A stretch of 64,000 nucleotides of DNA from an uncultured bacterium (lineage in GTDB: Bacteria; DUMJ01), in contig CALGNK010000027.1 of the NCBI GenBank assembly GCA_937958695.1, forward strand, positions 44-64,043. The letters are read 5' to 3'. Within the stretch, counting starts at the first letter, position 1. Each line of letters begins with the position of its first letter. A model generated the notes under the pieces. That model was not told where the DNA came from. It ran no database searches and saw only the letters and a program-made list of their open reading frames with translations. The position numbers were made by a program, and so were the translations under genes. Below, piece by piece: positions 1 through 9,484 of the stretch.

Positions 1-641
1 AGGAAGGTATCTCAGGTGCAGATTATTTTATCTCTGCCATAGGCTCTTCTATTGAAATTTTTGGAAGATATGAAGAGGTGATGGACTACGAAGGAAACAT
101 CATAAGAGCAGATAAATTATTGGAATTTGTTAGAGAGGTAGTAACAGACTATACTGTGCGTCAGCTCTTACATAATGGCATCGCTGGAGAGCTCTCATCC
201 CTTACAAGGTTTTATCTACTCTGGAGATGGACTTATCAAGAGGCAAAAGTAGAGTTTGATGAAGCAAGAAAACTTGCCCAAAGTGTGGGGATAGACTTGA
301 CAAAAGAATGGAATAAGGGATTTATTATAAAAAACAAGGAATTTATAAAAGTCTTAGGTCCACATGAAAGAGATTATAAAGATCTTAAGGATCCGGAAGA
401 ACTTATTGATGTACTTCACTATGTGCTTCTCCTATGGGAAGATGGTAAAAGAGAGGAGATAAAAAAAGTACTTTTGGAAAAGGGCTTTGGCTCCAAAGAA
501 GCCTTTTATAAGGTTGCCCAAGCCATATCTGAAACATTACCTATAGAGAGTAAAGAGAAGAAACTTTTAGATGGTTTTCTTTCTGGTAGAGAAAAGTTAT
601 TAAGTGAATTAAATAAATATAGACATGGGAGGTTATTATGA
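1..641 (+). CDS. C-terminal fragment of a larger protein (5' end cut by window edge); function unknown, possibly a partner (DUF1156-methylase or DUF3780-type) of the downstream DUF499-like ATPase
   Basis: Frame 3 is open from nt 3 with no stop upstream of the first Met at 78. Its stop overlaps the start of the next gene (ATGA at 638-641), indicating translational coupling. No recognisable catalytic motif. Confidence 0.45.
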   Translation, partial: EGISGADYFISAIGSSIEIFGRYEEVMDYEGNIIRADKLLEFVREVVTDYTVRQLLHNGIAGELSSLTRFYLLWRWTYQEAKVEFDEARKLAQSVGIDLTKEWNKGFIIKNKEFIKVLGPHERDYKDLKDPEELIDVLHYVLLLWEDGKREEIKKVLLEKGFGSKEAFYKVAQAISETLPIESKEKKLLDGFLSGREKLLSELNKYRHGRLL

Positions 642-3190
642 AGCCTTTTTCAAGTATAGCAATCCCTCATAGGGATATAATTGAAGGCAGACTTACAATG
701 GATGTCTTTGCAGCAGACTTATGGGAGGTATTTAAAGGAAGGGCACCAGAGGAATATCAAAATCCTGATGAATTTTTTAGAAAAACTTATCTCACGTATG
801 GATTAAATAATCTATTAAATATTGCAGAGAAGAGACTTCAAGGAAAAGGTGGAGATCCAGTCATTCAGATTCAAACTCCCTTTGGAGGAGGAAAAACCCA
901 CTCTTTAATTGCCCTTTATCACAAAGCAAAAGACTGGAATGCCAAAGTTGTAGTTTTTTCTGGAGATAAATTCTCTGTAGGTGAAGAGGAACCATCTCTT
1001 TGGCAAGAGATAGAAAGACAACTCGAAGGAAGGATAGAAAAATTAAAAGGTTTTGTAACACCAGGCGGTGAGAGGATAAGAGAAGTTCTTTCAAAACATC
1101 AACCTCTCATTATACTATTAGACGAAATTCACGAGTATGTTTCAAAAGCGTTAGGGATAAAAGTTGGAGATTCAAATCTTGCTCAACAAACTATTACTTT
1201 CATCCAAGAGTTTACTGGTGTGATAAGAACTCTGGATAAGACTATTCTATTTGTTTCACTACCATCAAGCAATCCCTATAGAGATGAAAAATCAGAAGAG
1301 ATTTTGTTGAGCTTACAAAATATCTTGGGTAGGGTAGAAAAAATATATACACCGGTACAGGATGAAGAGATATCAGAAGTAATTAGGAAAAGACTTTTTA
1401 GTAGTATTGATGAAGATGAAGCTAAAAAAGTAATAGAAGAATTTCTGGATTATGCAGAGAGGGAAAAATTACTTCCTGAAGGAATTGAAAGAGTACATTA
1501 TAGAGAAAGATTCATAAAAAGTTATCCTTTCCAGCCCGAGGTAATTGATGTTTTATACAAGCGATGGGGAAGCTTTCCAAAATTTCAGAGAACAAGAGGT
1601 GTGCTAAGAATTCTTGCCCTAGTAGTACATTCATTAAAGGATTCTCGTATCCCTTTTATAAGATTAGGAGATTTTAAATTGGAAAATGAAGAGATAAGAA
1701 GGGAACTTGTAAATTATATCGGTTCAGAGTTTGATAGCATTATAAGTCAAGATATAACTTCAAGCGATTCTGGATCCGAAAAAGTGAATAGAAATCTTGG
1801 AGGTGCCTACCTTCCATTTTCATTTGGGACAAAGTGCGCCACTGCAATTTTTATGTATTCCTTCTCGGGCGGACAGGAGAAGGGAGCTACCCCTAATGAA
1901 ATTAAGCTTGCCTGCGCAGATCCTTCTGTACCGAGCAGTATAGTTGCGGAAGTAATAACACAGCTAAAGGAAAATCTATTTTATATTTCAGACACTGGAT
2001 TATTCTTCAATAACCAGCCAAACCTAAACCGTATTCTTTTAGATAAAATGGAGAACATCAGCGAGAATGAATTGGAATACGAGGAAAAAATTCTTCTAGA
2101 AAGTCTTTCTAAAAGTCAGTATTTTAAGACATACATTTGGCCCAATAATTCAAGAGATATTCCCGATACAAAAGATTTAAAACTGATTATTCTAAAAGAT
2201 AAGGGAAAAATTAGGGGGATTTTTGAAAATTGTGGAGATAAACCAAGGGTTCACCGTAACACCCTTATATTTCTCTCTCAACTGGAATCTGCAAAAGTAT
2301 CTTTCTATAACTTTTTAAAGAAAAAAATAGCATGGAGGTATATAAAAAGTGACAAAAATTTACATCTAACTGAGGAGCAAAAGAAGGAGGTGGAAAATAG
2401 CGTAAAAACAACCGAAAATGAAGCAAAAAGACAGGTAAGAGAGCTCTACCGTACTGTATTAGTTCCATCAAAAGATGGATTTAAAGAGATAGATTTAGGT
2501 ATTCCTACCGATAGAGATGATATTATTGTAGAAAGGGAAATATATGAAAAGTTGAGAAGCGATGGAGAAATTCTCGAGAGATTAAGTCCATTAACCATAA
2601 AGGAAAAATATCTAAAAGATAATGAATATGTTTTAACAAAGAACATAATAGAATCCTTTTATAAAACACCAGGAGAAATAAGAATAACTAAAGATGAGAT
2701 TCTTATAGACGCCATTAAAGAAGGCATCAAGCAGGGTTTGTTTGGAGCAGGCTACTTAGAAAATGGTACGCCTGTGCCTCAATACTATAAAAAAGAATAT
2801 CAACCAAGTTTAGAAGAAACTGAAATCATTATTAAGGCAGAATTATGCCAGAAACTGGATATAGAGGAGGAAATTAAAAAAGGGGATGATACTTACGTAC
2901 AAATCCGACCTATTGAACTTAAAGAAGAGATAAAAGGGGAAGAAGAGTCAAAAGGAAGATTTAAGTCTTATAAAAAAATCTATCTTAAATTAAGCACTAG
3001 ACCAGGAAAACTTTCAGACATTGTAAGAATAATTAATTTAATTAATAATAAAGATAAGTTTGAGGATGTAGAAATAACTGTAACCATATCTGCTCAAAAT
3101 GGAGAAATAACAATAGAAGATTATGAAAATAAGATCAAAGAAGCTATAGAGCAAGCAAGGATTACACTAATAGAAGAATATTTTGAATAA
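638..3190 (+). CDS. DUF499-family P-loop NTPase (BrxC/PglY-related ATPase of RM-like/BREX-like defense modules)
   Basis: 850 aa. The N-terminal ...ADLWEVF... and a degenerate Walker A QTPFGGGKTHSLIAL match the DUF499/COG1483 family from memory. Walker B-like ILLDEIHEY follows. Coupled to the upstream truncated gene and followed by a long noncoding gap. Confidence 0.55.
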   Translation: MKPFSSIAIPHRDIIEGRLTMDVFAADLWEVFKGRAPEEYQNPDEFFRKTYLTYGLNNLLNIAEKRLQGKGGDPVIQIQTPFGGGKTHSLIALYHKAKDWNAKVVVFSGDKFSVGEEEPSLWQEIERQLEGRIEKLKGFVTPGGERIREVLSKHQPLIILLDEIHEYVSKALGIKVGDSNLAQQTITFIQEFTGVIRTLDKTILFVSLPSSNPYRDEKSEEILLSLQNILGRVEKIYTPVQDEEISEVIRKRLFSSIDEDEAKKVIEEFLDYAEREKLLPEGIERVHYRERFIKSYPFQPEVIDVLYKRWGSFPKFQRTRGVLRILALVVHSLKDSRIPFIRLGDFKLENEEIRRELVNYIGSEFDSIISQDITSSDSGSEKVNRNLGGAYLPFSFGTKCATAIFMYSFSGGQEKGATPNEIKLACADPSVPSSIVAEVITQLKENLFYISDTGLFFNNQPNLNRILLDKMENISENELEYEEKILLESLSKSQYFKTYIWPNNSRDIPDTKDLKLIILKDKGKIRGIFENCGDKPRVHRNTLIFLSQLESAKVSFYNFLKKKIAWRYIKSDKNLHLTEEQKKEVENSVKTTENEAKRQVRELYRTVLVPSKDGFKEIDLGIPTDRDDIIVEREIYEKLRSDGEILERLSPLTIKEKYLKDNEYVLTKNIIESFYKTPGEIRITKDEILIDAIKEGIKQGLFGAGYLENGTPVPQYYKKEYQPSLEETEIIIKAELCQKLDIEEEIKKGDDTYVQIRPIELKEEIKGEEESKGRFKSYKKIYLKLSTRPGKLSDIVRIINLINNKDKFEDVEITVTISAQNGEITIEDYENKIKEAIEQARITLIEEYFE

Positions 3191-3625
3191 CTAATGAATT
3201 TATAACGATTTATGTGATTTTGGCCGATAAGTATTACAAACATATGATACACAGATTTACTTGACGCAAGTTTGACACCCTAAAATTTAAAAACTCGCAT
3301 GGCTAGCGGGTTATCTTAACTTTTAGACCTCAGGCGTAGGCACCAGGTCTACTTTACTGTACTTGTAGGGACGTAAATTGATGATCCAGAAAGGCGATAA
3401 AGGGTTAGGCATTAGAGGTTCAAAAAAGATATTAAACCCCTAACAGGTAGGTAATGATAATTTTGCATTTTTAGGTAGATTTTGCAAGGTTATAGGTCTT
3501 ATACAGGGGTAAAAATTTATAGAAATTTTTGATGTAAGATCCCCTAAGAGGGTATTTTTGATGTCTAGTTCGAAGGTGAAACCATATGATGTCCGAACTC
3601 CTGTCCGAATTTCATCCCAGCTAAT

Positions 3626-3655
3626 TTGCTCTCTTTTAGGAGCCTATGGTATAAT
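3626..3655 (+). promoter_or_regulatory. Putative sigma70-type promoter with extended -10 (TTGCTC, 18 nt spacer, TGgTATAAT) for the glycosyltransferase operon
   Basis: TGGTATAAT at 3647-3655 and TTGCTC at 3626-3631. A strong SD AGGAGGTGA at 3741-3749 precedes the ATG at 3757. Confidence 0.35.
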
Positions 3656-3756
3656 ATATTTAAGTAAAAAGATTAAAATCATTATTATCCTTTTTCAACT
3701 TAAACTGTAAGGTTATTCTTTTTATTAAAAACACATTCTTTAGGAGGTGATAGGGA

Positions 3757-4941
3757 ATGAGATTAGCATTTATAAGTACTTATCCACCTCAGGAATGTGG
3801 AATAGCTAATTTTACAAGGGACTTGGTGGAAGCTGTACTAAACAATGGTAAGAATGTAGAGGTATCTATCTTTGCTCCTACAGATTCTGATATCGACTTA
3901 GATTTTGACTATAGAAGATCATTTTTGATATTTCCTGGAAAAGATAGTTACATAGATACTGCAGATACTATAAATTCATTAGATATAGACTGTGTATCAC
4001 TACAGCATGAGTATGGTCTATTCTCTGGAAAAGATGGGAAAGATATCTTATATCTTTTAGAGAGACTCAATGTTCCTGTAGTTACCACACTACATACAAT
4101 ACTGACAGAACCAACAGAAAGCCAGAAGTATATATTGAGAGAGATAGGGAATCTCTCTAGATATCTAGTAGTTATGGCACCTAGCGGTATTAGATTACTA
4201 AAGGACATATACGGAATAGATGAGAAAAAGGCTATATTTATATATCATGGAATTCCAAACCTCTTACCAACAATATCCAAAGAAGAGATGAAAAATAGGT
4301 TAGGCATACCAGAAGATACATTTATCCTTTCTACATTTGGGCTTCTCAGTGAGGGAAAAGGGATTGAATACGTGCTTTGGGCTCTGCCTAAGATACTAGA
4401 AGAATTTAATGTTAAATATCTGATCATAGGTAGAACCCATCCTAAGGTTGTAAGGAATGAAGGAGAAAAATACAGAGAGAAATTAATAAAGATAACATCA
4501 GAGCTAGGTATTGAGGATAACGTTATTTTCGTAAATAGATACCTTACCCAAGAAGAGATAATAAATTATCTTGAGATGACCGATATCTATATAACTCCAT
4601 ATCTAAATCCTCAGCAGATAACTAGCGGAACACTCTCGTATGCTATAGGTCTAGGGAAGGTTGTAGTGTCAACACCTTATATATATGCCAAAGATATGTT
4701 ATCTGGAGGAAGAGGATTTCTCTGTAAATTCAGAGATCCCAATTCAATAGTAGATATAGTCTTTTACCTATTAAGGAACCCTGATGAGCTTGATAGGACT
4801 AGAAAAAAGATACTAAATCTTAGGGAAGAGATGAGCTGGAGTAATGTTGGGGCTAAGTATATCAAACTCTTTCAGGAGGTGACAGCCAATGAACTATATA
4901 TGTATAAAGGGTTATCCAGAGCTCTCTATCGCACATCTTAA
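3757..4941 (+). CDS. GT-B fold glycosyltransferase (GT4-like), divergent
   Basis: N-terminal STYPPQECGIANFTRDL (GT4 N-domain-like). C-terminal GRTHPK...YITPYLNPQQITSGTLSYAIGLGKVVVST resembles the GT4 EX7E region, but both Glu positions are replaced (QQ...S). Confidence 0.65.
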   Translation: MRLAFISTYPPQECGIANFTRDLVEAVLNNGKNVEVSIFAPTDSDIDLDFDYRRSFLIFPGKDSYIDTADTINSLDIDCVSLQHEYGLFSGKDGKDILYLLERLNVPVVTTLHTILTEPTESQKYILREIGNLSRYLVVMAPSGIRLLKDIYGIDEKKAIFIYHGIPNLLPTISKEEMKNRLGIPEDTFILSTFGLLSEGKGIEYVLWALPKILEEFNVKYLIIGRTHPKVVRNEGEKYREKLIKITSELGIEDNVIFVNRYLTQEEIINYLEMTDIYITPYLNPQQITSGTLSYAIGLGKVVVSTPYIYAKDMLSGGRGFLCKFRDPNSIVDIVFYLLRNPDELDRTRKKILNLREEMSWSNVGAKYIKLFQEVTANELYMYKGLSRALYRTS

Positions 4942-5953
4942 GAGACTTACAGATTGCTTTGGAATAATACAGCATTCTAAATATGGAATCCCAGATAAAA
5001 AGACTGGCTATACGACAGATGATAATGCTAGGGCTCTATTTGTAACACTCAAATATTGGAATATTATAAAGGAAGAAGATTTACTAGAACTGGCAAGGAC
5101 ATATCTAGGGTTTATATGGTATGTCCTTAGAGATGATGGATGGATTCATAATTTCGTCTCCTATGATAAGAGGTTCTTAGATGATATAGGCTCTGAGGAT
5201 AGCTTTGGTAGAACATTTCTAGCCTGTGCATATACTTACAATACTGCACCTACAGACATGGCACTGTGTGCAAGAGAAATCCTAGACAGAATGAAATTTC
5301 ATATAAATAAAATAAAATCTCCAAGAGCTATATCGTTCCTTCTTACAGGATATACCTTCTACAGAGAGGAAAAGAACATAATTTTTGATCTAGCAGAGAA
5401 AATAATAGGGCTATATAGGGATAATGCCAAGAATAATTGGAAGTGGATAGAACCTTACTTAGCCTATGATAATGGCATCATACCAGTAGGTCTTTTCTCT
5501 AGCTATCTGGTCTTGAAAGACAAGATACTTTTAGATGTAGCATTAGAAATGCTTGACTTCTTAGCTAATTATTCGTTTAAAAATGGTATCTTTATACCAC
5601 CTGGTAATGAGAGATGGGAATTGAATATAAACGGTGAAGGAAGACCGATGTTTGACCAACAACCCTTAGAGGCCTCATCATTTATAGAGGCATGTAAGAT
5701 AGCGTTCCACATAACTAAGGATAATAAATACATAAAATGGGCTATGAACGCCTTTGATTGGTTCTTTGGAAAGAACATAATAGGCGAAGATGTTTATGAT
5801 GCTACCATTAAAGCCTGCAGAGACGGGATTAATAGATATGGATTGAACTTGAATACTGGAGCAGAATCTACAATCTCATACCTTTCAGCTTATCTCTCCA
5901 TATATGAGATGTTAACAGAAGAAACCTTACATATCCTTCAGGGGGTGATATAA
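4889..5953 (+). CDS. Hypothetical protein, possibly an (alpha/alpha)6-barrel glycoside-hydrolase-like enzyme (GH63/GDE-like)
   Basis: 354 aa, helix-rich. C-terminal ...NLNTGAESTISYLSAY resembles the GAES segment of (alpha/alpha)6 glycosidases. Overlaps the upstream GT by 53 nt in another frame, but is preceded by a strong SD AGGAGGTGA at 4876-4884. Confidence 0.4.
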   Translation: MNYICIKGYPELSIAHLKRLTDCFGIIQHSKYGIPDKKTGYTTDDNARALFVTLKYWNIIKEEDLLELARTYLGFIWYVLRDDGWIHNFVSYDKRFLDDIGSEDSFGRTFLACAYTYNTAPTDMALCAREILDRMKFHINKIKSPRAISFLLTGYTFYREEKNIIFDLAEKIIGLYRDNAKNNWKWIEPYLAYDNGIIPVGLFSSYLVLKDKILLDVALEMLDFLANYSFKNGIFIPPGNERWELNINGEGRPMFDQQPLEASSFIEACKIAFHITKDNKYIKWAMNAFDWFFGKNIIGEDVYDATIKACRDGINRYGLNLNTGAESTISYLSAYLSIYEMLTEETLHILQGVI

Positions 5954-5955
5954 GG

Positions 5956-7302
5956 ATGAAGGTCTTTATACTAGCAGGAGGTAAAGGGACCAGGCTATGG
6001 CCACTTTCTAGAGAGAAATATTCAAAACAATTCTTAAGACTTATAGATGGAAAGGAGCTTTTAGAATCTACCTATGATAGGGTATTAAATCTCGTTGAAC
6101 CGAGTGATATAATTACTGTTACAAACTCTGACTATTATTTCTATGTAAAAGACATATGCTCTAGATTCTCTAGGGAGATGGAAGATAATATTATCTGTGA
6201 ACCGGTAGGAAGAAATACTGCTCCAAGTATAGCTATAGCCTGCCAATATGTGATAGACGTTTTAAAAAGTAATCCGGATGAAGTGATCTTTGTATTTCCT
6301 TCAGACCATATGATAAAACCAATAGAAAGTTTTATAAGATATATGAGTATAGGTAAAGAAGTAGCAGAAAAAGGTTATCTGGTCATATTTGGTATAAAGC
6401 CCAATAGACCAGAAACCGGTTACGGATATATACACCTAGGGGATAATATGGGTAAGTTTAATATAGTCAATAGGTTCATCGAAAAGCCTAGTTTAGAAAA
6501 GGCTAAACTCTATATAAAAGATGGTAACTTTTTATGGAATTCAGGCATATTCGCTTTTAAGATATCTACATTCTTAGAAGAACTAACGCATCACCAACCT
6601 GAGATTTACAGCATTATAAGCAAAGGCTATGAAAGCGCAATAAAAAACTTTGAAAAAATGCCACCCATATCGATAGATTATGGCATTATGGAGAAATCAA
6701 AGAGAGTGGCAGTAGTTCCAGTCTCTAATATGTTATGGAGTGATATAGGTTCATGGGATGCGCTATATGAGATTAGGGAAAAGGATGAGGATGGTAATGT
6801 GCTTATAGGGGATGTGTACCCTCTAGAGACAAAAAATTCTCTTATATTTAGTAATAACAGATTAGTAGCAACCATTGGTGTAGAAGACCTCATAGTGATA
6901 GAGACAGACGATGTTGTCCTTATAACTAAAAAGGGAAATGGTCAATTAGTTAAAGAATTGATAGAGAGACTAAAGGCAGAAAAGAGAGAAGAGGTGATAA
7001 ATCATACAGAGGTATTTGAGGTTTGGGGTAGACATAAGACTATAGAGGATGGGGACCACTACAAAGTAAGAAGACTTTTTGTAAAACCTGGATGCCTTAT
7101 AGAGTCAGAATTTCACAGGAGAAGGATGGAACACTGGATAGTAACAAGAGGACTTGGAGAATTGGAGACCAACGACAAGAGATATAGGCTGAAAGAGGGG
7201 GATAGTATAGTGATACCAAACTGTAGTTTACATGGGGTAAGGAATATAGGAGATACACCTCTAGAAGTTATAGAAATACAAATGGAAAATAGTTATAATT
7301 AA
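5956..7302 (+). CDS. manC: Bifunctional mannose-1-phosphate guanylyltransferase / mannose-6-phosphate isomerase (type II PMI cupin C-terminus)
   Basis: N-terminal LAGGKGTRLWPLS nucleotidyltransferase motif. C-terminal cupin ...EHWIVTRG...GDSIVIP...HGVRN. Confidence 0.85.
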   Translation: MKVFILAGGKGTRLWPLSREKYSKQFLRLIDGKELLESTYDRVLNLVEPSDIITVTNSDYYFYVKDICSRFSREMEDNIICEPVGRNTAPSIAIACQYVIDVLKSNPDEVIFVFPSDHMIKPIESFIRYMSIGKEVAEKGYLVIFGIKPNRPETGYGYIHLGDNMGKFNIVNRFIEKPSLEKAKLYIKDGNFLWNSGIFAFKISTFLEELTHHQPEIYSIISKGYESAIKNFEKMPPISIDYGIMEKSKRVAVVPVSNMLWSDIGSWDALYEIREKDEDGNVLIGDVYPLETKNSLIFSNNRLVATIGVEDLIVIETDDVVLITKKGNGQLVKELIERLKAEKREEVINHTEVFEVWGRHKTIEDGDHYKVRRLFVKPGCLIESEFHRRRMEHWIVTRGLGELETNDKRYRLKEGDSIVIPNCSLHGVRNIGDTPLEVIEIQMENSYN

Positions 7303-7306
7303 CTAT

Positions 7307-8191
7307 ATGGAATGCGCTAGAGAGAAGGATAGAATAGTCTCATACCTGAGGGGGAAGCTTGAAGAGGAGAAGAAGGATGGGTTTGTCATTGGACTAAGTG
7401 GAGGCATAGACTCATCAGTAACAGCCCATCTTCTCAAAGAGGCAGTGGGCAAGGATAGAGTCTTAGCCTTAATTATGCCAGAGTTAGACTCTGATCCGTC
7501 TAGCAAGAGAGATGCTATAAAAGTAGCCAAAGCTCTTGGCATTAGATATAGAGTAATCCCTATAACTAAAGCCCTCTGGTCCATAGGGGTGTATAGAGAG
7601 GTCCCCCTATGGATTTTCTTTTTTAGATCAATAAAAATTAAAGTAATAACAAGTATGTATGAGAAGTATACACAGATACTAGGTAAGCCACTGTTCTTTG
7701 CTCTTAAGGAGAAAATAGACCCTAGTCTACACTGGTTCAATAAGAGTAAGGCATATTACGGTATAAAACACAGGATAAGAATGGCAGTTCTGTATTTTTG
7801 GGGAGAGCGAGAAAATTATCTAGTTGTTGGTTGTACAAATCTAACAGAAAAGCTTATAGGATTCTACGTAAAATATGGAGACGATGCTTCAGACATATCT
7901 CCCATATCACATCTATACAAGACAGAGATTATAGAATTAGCCAGATATTTAGGGGTTCCAAAAGAGATAATAGAGAAAGAACCAACTCCAGATCTTATAC
8001 CTGGCATTACCGACGAAAAAAGTCTCGGTATGAGTTATAAAGACATAGACTTTCTCTTAGAAAATTTTGAACATGGAAAACAACCAGATGAGATAGAAAA
8101 CAAAATAGATAAGAGAATAGTAAAATTACTCTATGAGCAGTACTTATGGGTAAAAAATCAGGATAAAAAACCTTGGAGGTTAGAAAGATGA
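7307..8191 (+). CDS. nadE: NH3-dependent NAD+ synthetase
   Basis: PP-loop GLSGGIDSSV, and YVKYGDDASDISPISHLYKTE matching the NadE signature region. Confidence 0.8.
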   Translation: MECAREKDRIVSYLRGKLEEEKKDGFVIGLSGGIDSSVTAHLLKEAVGKDRVLALIMPELDSDPSSKRDAIKVAKALGIRYRVIPITKALWSIGVYREVPLWIFFFRSIKIKVITSMYEKYTQILGKPLFFALKEKIDPSLHWFNKSKAYYGIKHRIRMAVLYFWGERENYLVVGCTNLTEKLIGFYVKYGDDASDISPISHLYKTEIIELARYLGVPKEIIEKEPTPDLIPGITDEKSLGMSYKDIDFLLENFEHGKQPDEIENKIDKRIVKLLYEQYLWVKNQDKKPWRLER

Positions 8192-9069
8192 GTACTGAGC
8201 TCTCTAAAAATGATAGGTATCTAATAATCAATGCAGACGACTTAGGAATGTGTCATTCTTCTAATCAAGCCATATTTAAACTATTTGAAGAAGGGTTCAT
8301 AACATCAAGTACAGTGATGGCTCCTTGCCCCTGGATAAAGGAGGTAGCAGAGTTCTACAAAACACATCCTGAGGTGGATATTGGGGTGCACTTAACATTT
8401 ACAAGTGAGTGGAAATTGTACAAGTGGGGACCAGTAACAAGAAACGGTTCAGTAAATTCTCTAATAACAAAAGAAGGCTATTTCCCAGAAAGTGCAGAGG
8501 AGGTAGAGCTCAATGCTAAAAAGGAAGAGGTAAAAGAGGAGATTAAAAATCAGATAGAGTTAGTAATAAACTTAGGAATAAAACCCTCTCACTTAGATAA
8601 CCATATGGGGAGTCTATACGGACTTAAATATGGTAATAGCTTCTTAGATATAGTCTTTGAATTTTGTAAAATGTATAATTTCCCCTTTAGATTGCCTAAA
8701 AATTTAGACGAGGAGACCAAAAGAATACTCCCCCAAAAAGCTATCTCTAACTATGAGATGATAGTTGACTTAGCGGATAAAATCGGGGTAAGGTTGATAG
8801 ACTATCTAGTATCTTACTCTTTTTCTCTAGAAAATGGAGAAGACTATAGAGCATTCAAGAGGAAAGTGATAGATATAATCAGAAATCTAAAGGCTGGCGT
8901 GAGTGAGCTTTATATACATCCTGGATTAGCTACTGAAGAATTAAAAGGTATAAATCCACATTGGGAAAAGCGACAAATGGAATTTGATCTATTTAGAGAT
9001 GAAGAACTATACAAGATAATTCAGGAAGAAGGCATAAAGCTGATAAGCTGGAAAGATATTAAAAACTAG
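8173..9069 (+). CDS. YdjC/ChbG-family carbohydrate deacetylase
   Basis: LIINADDLGMCHSSN and DIGVHLTF motifs of the YdjC family. The true start is probably Met at 8188 (MSTELS...). Confidence 0.7.
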   Translation: MEVRKMSTELSKNDRYLIINADDLGMCHSSNQAIFKLFEEGFITSSTVMAPCPWIKEVAEFYKTHPEVDIGVHLTFTSEWKLYKWGPVTRNGSVNSLITKEGYFPESAEEVELNAKKEEVKEEIKNQIELVINLGIKPSHLDNHMGSLYGLKYGNSFLDIVFEFCKMYNFPFRLPKNLDEETKRILPQKAISNYEMIVDLADKIGVRLIDYLVSYSFSLENGEDYRAFKRKVIDIIRNLKAGVSELYIHPGLATEELKGINPHWEKRQMEFDLFRDEELYKIIQEEGIKLISWKDIKN

Positions 9070-9484
9070 AGGAGTCAGCCTCTCTATTTATAAAATCAAG
9101 GTAACTCTGCAGGATCAGCGTAGCAGCTATCTTATCTATCAACTTTCTATCCCTCTTTCTCATCTCTCTTGCAATCCTTTCCCCCTCAACTGATGTTAGC
9201 CTCTCATCCCACATGATAATCTCTATACCCGGTATAGATTTAAGCACCTCCACCACTTTATAGAGCTCTTTAGATAGATATCCAGGAGTGCCATTCATAT
9301 TATTAGGAAATCCAATCACTATCTTACCTACTTCGTACCTCTCCACTAATCTTTCTATGCTTAATCTTAAATCTTTAAGGCCTTTATTTTCTAAGGTAGT
9401 TAGACCAAAGGCTATCCTATTATTCTCATCGCTTATAGCAAGTCCTATCCTCTTTAATCCAAAATCTATGCCTAAGTACCTCAT
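9059..9484 (-). CDS. ruvX: Holliday junction resolvase-like protein RuvX/YqgF
   Basis: MRYLGIDFGLKRIGLAISD N-terminus and about 140 aa length, typical of YqgF. Confidence 0.85.
   Translation of the reverse strand: MRYLGIDFGLKRIGLAISDENNRIAFGLTTLENKGLKDLRLSIERLVERYEVGKIVIGFPNNMNGTPGYLSKELYKVVEVLKSIPGIEIIMWDERLTSVEGERIAREMRKRDRKLIDKIAATLILQSYLDFINREADSSSF

Noticed and set aside
3191-3756. Possible tRNA, tmRNA or CRISPR array in the long noncoding gap.
   Set aside because: No cloverleaf with a T-loop GTTCRANYC consensus. No regularly spaced repeat-spacer units, only two short direct repeats. A regulatory RNA is not excluded, but no known family is recognisable by eye.
7303-7740. 145-aa minus-strand ORF antisense to nadE. 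Similar shadow ORFs lie at 11261-11644, 26239-26658, 29081-29614, 32530-33159 and 35221-35759.
   Set aside because: All lie wholly inside well-supported genes on the opposite strand and have low-complexity, unrecognisable products. They are shadow ORFs typical of AT-rich DNA.
7798-8040. 80-aa Arg-rich plus-strand ORF.
   Set aside because: It lies inside nadE in another frame and has no independent signals.
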